Shown: positions 50,935-61,320 of the stretch, piece after piece
Layout of the letters: every line of letters begins with the position of its first letter
Position numbering within the stretch: position 1 is the first letter of the stretch
Assembly: GCA_021613535.1 (NCBI GenBank)
Contig: CP075497.1
Coordinates: 6,634,001 to 6,698,000 of the forward strand
Direction of reading: 5' to 3'
Origin: Adineta vaga
Taxonomy: Eukaryota > Animalia > Rotifera
Length of the DNA stretch: 64,000 bases
Translations under genes and position numbers: made by a program
Notes under the pieces: generated by a model
Told to the model about the DNA's origin: nothing
Databases searched by the model: none
Seen by the model: only the letters and a program-made list of their open reading frames with translations

Positions 50935-51879
50935 TTATGAATGCTTATTATGACGATTCCATCGAAGACGTTTGACTGATCGTTGACTTCCACACAATTG
51001 ACATTCAATTCGCCATAAACCCGTTGATTTTATTAAATGCGTTCGAGCTTTTTGACAAGCTAAACAAGTCACATATTTATCAAGATATGTTTTCAATACA
51101 TTATCAAATGTTGTTCGAGTTGTTCGAGTATTAAATGTTAGTTGTTCACGTTGATTTACTGATGATTGACATCCATAATGTTGACTAACATATTGTTGAA
51201 ATAAACTGGGATCACGATTTAATGCACGAGATAACCGTATATAAGATTTCCAATTGACAACTATTGAACGTGATTGACCTACAATTAAATCAGCATGTGG
51301 AATTGTTACAGGCGACTGACAAAGTGTAATCATTTCAGTTAGATCATGTTCTTGTCGTTGAAGACAACGAGCAAGAAGACGATCGTAATCATATAATAAA
51401 TCAACTGAATTGGAATGATCTGCTAGTAGAGATTCTTGTTTAGAAGCTGGTGTTGAGATTGATTCAGACGGAGATGAAGATGAAAAAGAAGGAGAAGAAA
51501 ATGGCGTACTAACATTTTCATAGCATTTATTTTCTACTATTGCTGTTTCATCTCCTTCATTTTCGTTAGTTTGTTTTGATTGATCATTGATTGATAATGA
51601 AAGAGCTTCTTCACCAAGAGATGATGGTCGACGACTTGACGTCAAAGAATTTGATTGTGATGTTGTTGGACTTCGTCGAAAGAAACGTTTCAAATGACTA
51701 AATAATTTCCTATCAATCCATGATGTTGTATTTGTACTTATGGTATTCGTTGTTGAAGATGATGATGAAGATGTTACTGAAGGTGTCCAACTATTTCTAC
51801 GATCATAATTATTCATTAATCGAAATTCTTTTTCTGTAAGTATCATCATTTGAGGTAAGTAATCAATATCAGTACACAT
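50935..51879 (-). CDS. Divergent eIF2-beta-like protein (eIF-5_eIF-2B domain + Zn ribbon) lacking lysine boxes; CDS intronless
   Basis: YDYDRLLARC resembles eIF2-beta YTYEELLNRV. Also LNRDPSLFQQYVSQHYG and FDNVLKTYLDKYVTCLACQKARTHL...IECQLCGSQRSV. The N-terminal half is Ser/Thr-rich. Confidence 0.8.
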   Translation of the reverse strand: MCTDIDYLPQMMILTEKEFRLMNNYDRRNSWTPSVTSSSSSSTTNTISTNTTSWIDRKLFSHLKRFFRRSPTTSQSNSLTSSRRPSSLGEEALSLSINDQSKQTNENEGDETAIVENKCYENVSTPFSSPSFSSSSPSESISTPASKQESLLADHSNSVDLLYDYDRLLARCLQRQEHDLTEMITLCQSPVTIPHADLIVGQSRSIVVNWKSYIRLSRALNRDPSLFQQYVSQHYGCQSSVNQREQLTFNTRTTRTTFDNVLKTYLDKYVTCLACQKARTHLIKSTGLWRIECQLCGSQRSVKRLRWNRHNKHS

Positions 51880-52269
51880 GGGTAGATTTGATCTGGAAAT
51901 ACATTAAATAAAAGAAATCTCTAGTTTCTATTTCACTCTTCTTCTATATTTATATATATATAATGATAAAAATCGAACTTTACTCTCACTCGATTTTATT
52001 TGCTTACTTTGTAAATACATCGTTTCTTTTCTCTCTCTCCCTCCCGCTCTCCCTCTTCCTCTCTCTCTCCTTCATCTTTCGCTATGTATACATAAGAAAC
52101 GCGTTCTCGTCAAACGATAGAAAGAAAAACAAAAACACTGACTACGAATCTTTACTTATATCTCAGCTGTTTGGTGGTACAAAGGAAAATAGCAAAGGAA
52201 GAGAAAAAAAGAAATAATAGTGATAAAAACGACGACGGCGACGACAGTTACCACATTAAAAAAACTGCG

Positions 52270-52277
52270 TATTTATA
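52270..52277 (-). promoter_or_regulatory. Candidate TATA box for the eIF2-beta-like gene
   Basis: TATAAATA on - about 30 nt upstream of a GC-rich (GTC)n leader. A 5'UTR acceptor TTTCCAG lies 13 nt before the ATG. Confidence 0.35.
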
Positions 52278-52828
52278 AAAGGGGGTGTTGAGATAGGCTG
52301 ATGTCATTTTCTGATGACATGATGCCGTAAATAAACGAATATAGTTGAACCATTAACTGATGAGAAGAAAAGTGTTTCACATATTTAAACTCGATGAATC
52401 AACATCAGCTGTACCCATTTGATGTTATTCTTCATTCTATTTCACATATAGCTTGAAACAATGACAGTTTCGAAGGGCAAACAAATAGATATATACATTA
52501 ATTAACTAATAGTGATAATATATCCTACATGTCATAAAATACCTTCATGAAAAATATTCAAATCTATATAGAATAACAACAAATCATCAATCAAATGAAA
52601 AACAAACATCTTCATTAGGGTTGAAACTATTTCTTATCTTGATCTTAAGATCATCTCATTTGTCTTTTGTGATCATTACAGAAACTTATAGACATGATTA
52701 GTTCCTTTGAATAGGCGTACATAAAAACAAAAAATCATGCTATTGTAATGTTTAGATAATATGTTCTTTCAAGGTCAATCACGTACGAGTTATTATTACG
52801 CGCCTTGCTGTTCGTTTTTTTCTCTTTT

Positions 52829-55800
52829 ATGCTAAATCATCATACTTATCGAAAATATAAAATTCATATTCATACAACATCAAATGATATTAATTATAAG
52901 GCAACAGTTGGTCATTATAAGATATTGAAAGAAAATTTTCGAAATATTTCCAATGAATATGATTATATTTGTCATTCAATTGATAATCTTAGAGAGTTTA
53001 TTAAAAATCTTTTAGACAATTCTATTTTTCATCAAGTGAATTCTTCAGAAAAGCATTCTAATGAAAAATTTCAATGGCTTTTAAATTATATTAATCAACT
53101 CTTAGTCATTTATCAATATCAATATTATCATAGTAAACCATCTGTTGCCAATGAACTAAACGAGATGTATTTGACCACAAACCGACATCAAGAACAGATG
53201 CTTTCAGAACCGTAAGTACAAGTCATATTGACATAAAATTCTATAAATGTTTGTTCTATTTTCAAACAAAACGAAACATTACTTTTCAATGTATTCTTTC
53301 AATGACCTTCTTGAAAAATCAGTCTAGTGTTCCTTTAAAGCGTTTCTATGACCTTTCATCAAGTTTCTTTTTACAGGTCATCTGTTTTCTATGACGAAAA
53401 GATTCCTCACATTTCATTTTCATTTCCTTAGCAATCTATTTCAGTTAACATTTCTGCTAAAGTGAATATAGTACTGAAGAGAAACTCATTTGAAGAAGTG
53501 AACTTAATGAAAATGTTTTCTATAGAAAATGTACTCGAATGCTCTTTCAATATGTCGTCTGCTTTTAGAATAGAAAATAGAGAATTACTAATTGAATGTT
53601 CTCGCAAGAATGAATCAAAACAATTAAGTGATAATGAGAAAATTTTCAATCGTTATGAGCAGGATCGTGTAATAGAAATGTTGAAATTAATGGAAAAGAA
53701 AACTTCTCAGCCGGTAAAATCAAACTTCTTTCAAAATCTAGACAACGAAATTTCATTTGCACTTACAATAAGTAAGAAACTAAAAAAATTGAAATAAAAT
53801 GTCAAATAAATAGAATTTCAGACGAAGATTTTTGTCGACTTGTTTGTTTGTATATTATCGATACATATAGAAAAGTATCGACGTCAATAAATCTTCCCCT
53901 TTCTTTTCATGAATATTTACCATTCAAACGAATAAATGTTACTAATATTATGTTAAGCGATAAGGATGATTACCTTCAAGGTGCAAAACAAGAAACCAAT
54001 CTACTTGATTCTATTTTCAATCGATTGCATCAAATAAATAACGTCATAGAATATGCATTCTTTGATTTTGATCAATTAGCAAATCTACAAAGTATGAATG
54101 ACAAGAAGCTATGCTTATCAAATTTTTCTTTCACAATAGATTCATCTGGAAATTCGAACAAAAGTACAGATAATATTTATGATGTTTCATCTAATATCAC
54201 ACGATTGATCAGAATGTTTAAAAATATTTATAGTAATTCACAATCAGACGTTCCTATCTCTTATCTTATGTACTCATATTTAATACAGAAAAAACAGTTA
54301 TTAAAACAACGTTTAATAATTTATAATAAACAATATAGTTTGTACAGATTTGCTAGATGTATTTGCCAACGAGTTGAATCACCCGATCGTTTATATTTGT
54401 TTACTAATCAACTAAAGAAAATTGCTTATCATTTTCATCAATTAGAATATAATGGAAATTTTTTTCTTTGTCAACAATTTTTTTCATCGAATGGTGTTTT
54501 TTCAAATCTATTCAGAATATATTCAAATGAATTGATAATATTTAATCATTTACAAGAGACACATGATATACAGCATTTAGAAAACTATCTTCAGCAATAT
54601 GAACAACAACTTCAATGTCGTATATCATCTCAACTATCTATACTTTCAAAGCCATGTATTCATCACAGATTCACTCAAAAGAACAACGAAATTTGTACAA
54701 AAAATAAGTTAAAACGTCAGTAGTCAAATTATTTTACTAAGAGAAATATATACATCTATCATTCAGTTGAATTATCTTCAAATAGCAATTGCCTTTCTAT
54801 AAGTAAAACCTGTTACATTGATTCTAATCGATCTCTACTGAATATTCGAACGTATTGTGGGCAAACTTATAATCGATCAACATCAGCGTATACATCGAAA
54901 AAGAAATTTGATCGATATCATTTTACATCAATGAATCTAAATAATAAAAGAGATCAATCTGTACCTGCAAGTGTAATATCTCATATAGTAAAAAAACTCG
55001 ATCAAGAAAACGCTAGAAACAATTCAGATGATCATATCAAAATATCATCGAATTATAAATGTTCTCCTATAGAGAAAACATCTACCAATGCGTCGGACAT
55101 CTATATCAAATTATCTGATTGTGAAGCTGCATGCAGGTTTATTAAGGCTTTGTTTTCTGTCATGAAAATTTTATAGATTATTCAATAGACGTTGGGCAGA
55201 TAAGCATAAGAAAGCAAATCGTTATTCTCCACATCGTAGAAAGACAACAAAATTACCAATCTGTTATCGAAATTTTCCTTCTTCGTTCAATGCATTATCG
55301 ACATATGAAAAATTACAGAAATCTTGTAAATCAACTTCACAAGAAAACTATCAAACAAATATTTCCGTTGATATTCGAAAAATGTCTTGTAAGGAAGTTC
55401 AAACGAACAAAAAATCTAATGATCAATTTTTCTGTTTTGGTACGATTGTTCTTGTCTTTTTCTCTAAGAAATATTATGCTTGTGATCAAGGTACTGGTTC
55501 GATTGATTTTGTTGACGGTTCAGAAGGGCCAACACTTTGTTTGAAACAAGAAAACATAAAAACTGAGAAACAAATTTATTTATATCGACGAGTTTTACAT
55601 GATGATGCATTTAATTATGAAAGTGGTGATGAACGAAAACCATCCAGACAGTTTGTTCATTCATCGGTATTAAATGACGATAACGAATCAAGTTTCGAGA
55701 ACAATTTGAAACCATTTAACAATGTAACTCCTTTATCTACATGTTTGTTAGAAGATGACAAAGATTATTATACCAATGAAACTTCTATTTCTACAACTTA

Positions 55801-57633
55801 TTGCTGTCCATCAGCAGCAATCAAGAATTTCAACATAGTACACGCATGTGTTTTGATAATCACCGATGTTTCATCGAAAGTAGTCATGCTACAAACGCCA
55901 TATTTACCATCAATTATCCCTAATTCCGATATGCGTATGCAGTCTATACTTAAAACATGCGATCAAGATTTCCACTCGCAGAATGTGAAGAGATATCTAT
56001 TGAATGACCAACTACCTCAATCGATGCCATTTATCAATCCACAAACAATCGACGGTAATTGTTTTTACAGTTGATTTAAATGTCACAAGAAACTAATTTT
56101 GACATAGAATTCAGTAACATTGTCACAGTTATGGATCAAAGTATCAAGAGATTCATCTCAACAGAAAATAGATCTGAAGGTATGTTCTTCACGAATCATT
56201 CGTACAAGCGAAAACTATCCTAGAAAGTTTTTGAATACTTTTGAATATGATATTTTCTTATAGATGATGAAACATTGGATTTCGATGCGGAAATATCATT
56301 AAAATTTTCATTAGAGGAAAATCAAATTTCAAATAGTTTTGAAAATATTTCCTTACGAGCTCAACAATCGTCAAGCAAAATTTTAGATCAATTCAATAGT
56401 GAAATGCCTTCATCATTGTTAATTAAACCTTCTCAATCATCTTGTAGATATCCTAGTGACCTATCTAAAATATAATCGCTTCTTTTTCTTCTTCTCTAGT
56501 TTCTACGAAAATCATGGAGAACTCTATCGACCTTTCTGGTAAGCAGAGAATAACAATCTTTATGATCTTATTTAATGAAGAATTTATCGATATTCGTTGT
56601 TCAGCTGAATCAGACAAAGAGCATCAGTCTATGACAACTCCGACATGTGTACCTTTATCTGTTTCATTTGAATATCTCGTTCATAAAAAATCTGATTCAA
56701 TTTTGTCAACAGTTGTCACTCAAACACAAACATTTCTTTCATCTACCAAAAATCCTATTTCATCTAGTCATAAAATATTACAAAATATGAATGACAAACT
56801 TGACGACAAAACAAGTTAAACCTACCTTTTATTGCTGGTATATAAATCATGTTTCAATTTTAGATGATCCAATAACAAATAATGATATGTTTCATGTAAA
56901 TGGTAATTTTGTTAAGAAATTTTAACAACCTATTTATTAATACTAATTTCGCTTCCCTTTTCAAGTTATTCCTACTGATGAAAACGCTATTTTAGCACGT
57001 TCGACACTACTTCTTTCAAATGAACCTTCATCAAATTTGAAGCATCCACCACTAATGTCTGCATCTCAAGTACACAAGAAAACATCATCAAGTATTTCGA
57101 TGATAAATTAACTAATAATATGCCTATTAGACTTTTTAGATGATAAAAGTAGAGTCCTATTACATCATCTAAATAAATCTATACTTGATAAAACAGAGAG
57201 TGCATGTCAACAATTAAACGACGAACAGAAAATGTCACGAAACATCACAATATCTCGAAAATCCAATGATTTAAATGTTCAACGCAAGCAGAAAAGATAT
57301 GCTATATCACAATGCAAAATGAAAAATATTGTTCGTGAAAAGCCCATCATCGACACATCATCTTCTATAATAACTCACAAAAAACAGATCCGTAAAAATC
57401 GAATCTGTACTCGACCACCATGGGTTTCAGTTTATACAAATCCACCAACGAATACTTCTCTATTTCGCAAATCTATCAAACGAGCATCACTCTCATTTAA
57501 ACAATTAAAAGATTCTTCTCAAATCTTACAATCCTATACACAATTTCAGTGTCTTCATCATCCACCGAATGATTCTCTTCCTTCATGTCCAATGATAAAA
57601 ATAACTAATCTCTGTGATGCACATTTAATATAA
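52829..57633 (+). CDS. Large multi-exon orphan protein (helical N-half, Ser/Asn/Thr-rich C-half); start and some exon boundaries uncertain
   Basis: Successive + ORFs (52805, 53462, 53848, 54931, 55382, 56275, 56514, 57232) are separated by short GT-AG intervals. Several downstream exons read in frame from their acceptors (e.g. 54768, 55189). No family recognised. Confidence 0.5.
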
Positions 57634-58010
57634 AAACTAAATTTATTTTCTAGGACTTTTTCTCTCGAAACAAACAAAAAAGAAGCGACCAATACGTACC
57701 TTGTTTCTCTTCGTTATATTACATTACAACTATAACTAAACGTCATTAGTTTGCAAATCATTCATGAATTCTTTTTGAATCATTTTCTTCCGGAATCACA
57801 CATGACTGACGTCAATGTACGAAGTTTCTAGGTATGATTTTTTTTCTTTCCTAAAAAATATCATTCCACTTCAATGAGTCATTATGTTAATATGTCTGAC
57901 AAATGAATAACTAACTAATTACGAATAAGTATATATATATATATTTATATTGTTTTTTTTATTAAAAATCTCATGACAAAAAAAATGGAGGTGAACAAAA
58001 TAAATTTTAT

Positions 58011-58582
58011 TTATTTATGTTTGACACGAACTTCTTGATTTAATTGCGGTTGAAATATATCTTGAATCATTTTCTTCTTTACTTCAATTTGACTTGTATC
58101 AAGACCAGCTTCTCGATATTGTCTTTCAGCTGTTTTAAGATATTCTAAATTTAATCGAGGAAATATTTGCCATGGTTCCATATCTAACATTTCATCAATA
58201 TCATTTTCTTCACGATAATAACCCCAATAAAACTAGAACAAACAAATCAAATTCATTTCTTCTTCTTCTCGTTTTTTTAAACAAACAAACAAACCATATT
58301 AATTAGAATAGTAACAATTAAGACAGGTCGTGTAAATTTTCCGATATGACGATTGAATACAATAGAATCTGCTGTATCCCAATATTTTGCTCGACTAGTT
58401 GAAAATTTAATTGGTTTATCAAATTCTCGACGTAATTCTCGTACATGTTCTTTGGCTGCTTCTTTAATATCTTGTGTTGCTTTGGGAATTAGTGATGGGA
58501 TTGTTTTCGAACGAAAGAATATCAGATTAAACCAACGTGTAGATATTTGAAATCTAATTGGGGATAAATATAAATGTTGCAT
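58011..58582 (-). CDS. UQCC4: UQCC4/CCSMST1 (C16orf91)-like mitochondrial inner-membrane protein, 169 aa, 2 exons
   Basis: Exons 58582-58295 and 58232-58011. Basic presequence-like N-terminus, KPIKFSTSRAKYW, a TM, then YREENDIDEML...GLDT. Confidence 0.7.
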
Positions 58583-58668
58583 CTACAATTAACATGAAAA
58601 TTTTACTTATTCAAATTAAAAAATGCATCCCTCTTTTTTTGCTCTCTCACAAAACACTAAAATATGAT

Positions 58669-61073
58669 TTATTCAAAATGATCATACGAAGTTATACAAT
58701 CCCACACCTAGAAGAAGAATAAAATAAGATATTATTAATCTTATTTCTTTGTCGATTATTGTTTTATTTACTTTTATTTTAGCATCAGCAGCACCAGACA
58801 TAACATGACGAGCATTGGCATGTAATGCTGTTACTTCGGCTTCATGTCGATCGTCATATTGAACTTGTTCGAATGTATCAACAGTCCATACTCGAATTGT
58901 TTTATCACTTGATGCACTTATTAAATTTGATTGATTATATTTATCAGCACTAAGCATACAAAGACCATGCACAGTTCCATCATGCTCACAAGTGGTATCT
59001 AAACAGCGATTAGCTCGAATATCCCAAACCTATTGACAAAAAAACAACAAAATATATATATATTCAATTGATGTAATGATTATTTACATAAATTTTTCCA
59101 GAAGAAGCACCAGAAAATAATAATGTGTCAGAATGTGCTAAACTATATATTGAATCACCAGTTGGTAATTCAAATTCAAAGGACATTTGATGTGTAATAA
59201 CATCGAAGACCTAAAACTTGAAATGAATGATTTGATTTTTTCTTTTATAAAAGATTACTTTGATAACACGTCGACATCCAGCATAGATACATTTATCTTT
59301 TTGCATTAAAACTCTTAACCAACCATTTCGACTATCTGTCGCAGTTTCATTGATCAATTCTAATCTTTCAATATCCCATACTTTTAAACATTTATTTGAA
59401 GAACTGTACAAATGATTATTGTATTGTGTCAACGAACAAACAGGATCTAAAAAGTATGAGATATTCTTTAATAAAAAAAAAAGACGATAATTTTCAAAAT
59501 CGAATTCTACCTGAATGAGCAACAAAAGATGTAATCTTTTTATAATCATTTAAATTCCAAACCTAAACAATAGAATAGATAAATTAGATAACTTTTAATC
59601 ATATTCTTACATGTATAGATTTATCTCCACTTCCACTAAAAACAGTTCTTTCTTTCACAGTCAATGATAAAACACCATCTTCATGACCATGTAATGTAGC
59701 CAAATTTGTATATGGAGTTTCACATAAATTCCAAACCTTTGATTTCATTATAAAATAATCCATTAAAACCTTTACAAAGATCTTACTTTGACTGTTTTAT
59801 CTGAAGATCCACTAAGAAGAACATCATCTAATGCATATAAACACCAAACCGTATCGTTATGTCCTGTAAATGTTCCATTACAACGAAGAATAACACTGGG
59901 TAAATCCTGATCATCATCACTATCTAATATTGAATACAAAATAAAATAAAATTCTTCGATAATACGAAGATTTATACCGTGATTTCGTGTCGATTCTTGT
60001 TCATCAATTGTTGTTGGAATAGGTGATGTTTGTTTTGTTTTCATTAATTCACTCTAGAAAATAATTCTTCAAATAATAGTTTAACAATTCAACAAGACAT
60101 ACTAATAAAAGATCATTTCGAACACATAGAGCTTCTTGATTCATTTTCAATGTATCTAAATTTCGAAGGAAAAACAAATGAGAAAATGATCATTAGGATT
60201 TCTATCTACCGATTTCATTTCGCATAATCGCCATTGTACTTGTTAATTGTTTACAAGTGTTAGCAAGAAAATCAATTTGTGACATTTTTGAAATTAATTC
60301 GTGATGCAATAATTGTAATTGATCATAATTTGTCGATATTGTTGTATTGATTGTTGTTATTTGTCGATTGGGACAAGTATGAAGATGATTATAAAGATCC
60401 TAATAATCTTTTATTTTCAAACTAACGATGTTTTCTTTAATAAGAAATCAAGATTTTCACTCACTTTTTGACGAAGATTATTCAATAAACAACCATTTGG
60501 ACAAAAAACAAAACGATAAGAACATTCATCTTCATGTTCTCTACATGGGGAAAAAAACGGGAAAGTATTTTCTTTGATTTAATGATTAGAAGAAGAGTTT
60601 ACTTTTTCTTTTTGAATGGAATTTTTACTGGGCAACCATATTCATCACGTTCATTTTTAATATCATTCATATTTATTGGATTTTTTTTAAAAGCATATTT
60701 ACACCAAACAAGTAACCAATCGATTTGTTCAGCAATGATCTGATTGCTAACGAATGTTTGAAGAATTTGTTGATCAAATGGACATGAAACTAGAAATCAA
60801 GTGAATATTAAGATTAAGACTTCTATCAAACAATTTTCTTTACTCGTTGTGGAAATACATCTTCGACAGAATGTATGCTAGAAGGAAAAGTAGAAATATA
60901 GAATCAAGTGAAATTCAAAATATATGACTTACTGAACATTGTGTGACAATTGGATCACGAAATATTCGACAACAGATGGGACATTTCAATGCCGAAGCAG
61001 ATTGATTATCGACATAAACGATGTCATCCTGAGATAAATATATGGATTCTTTTTGTGAACCCGCTCCGGCCAT
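58669..61073 (-). CDS. TRAF7: E3 ubiquitin ligase TRAF7-like (RING - TRAF Zn finger - coiled coil - WD40 repeats), multi-exon
   Basis: [94 protein letters not shown] and [14 protein letters not shown] 61073, stop 58669-58671. Confidence 0.88.
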
Positions 61074-61320
61074 AAAATCAGATCTAGAGTGCTTGCAGAG
61101 ATATAAACACATGCAAAGAGTTTTTTTGGTTAAAATTTGTTGTTTTTTTTCTCTCTGTTACAATTATGATCAACTTCACTGTTACCAAGGAAAAAGAAAA
61201 CAAAATCGGATAAACCAGGAAATGTTCTCGTTACTTAAACAAATAAATAGATATCACAACAGAAATATATATATGTATATATTAAAAATGAAAAACATGA
61301 GTAAATGTTCGTTTGTTTTT

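Noticed and set aside
52298-52410. CTGATGA motifs suggesting a hammerhead ribozyme or C/D snoRNA (also near 17160 on - and 36570)
   Set aside because: No properly placed stem II plus GAAA core, and no matching D box with terminal stem.
10600-55490. Stop-free in-frame (3n) introns at 10600-10656, 20084-20131, 21485-21550, 25078-25128 and 55440-55490
   Set aside because: With roughly a hundred ~55-nt introns in the window, a handful are expected by chance; no evidence of regulated retention.
57788-57814. TTCCGGAA palindrome and CRE TGACGTCA
   Set aside because: Lies between two convergent 3' ends with no target gene; short motifs expected by chance.
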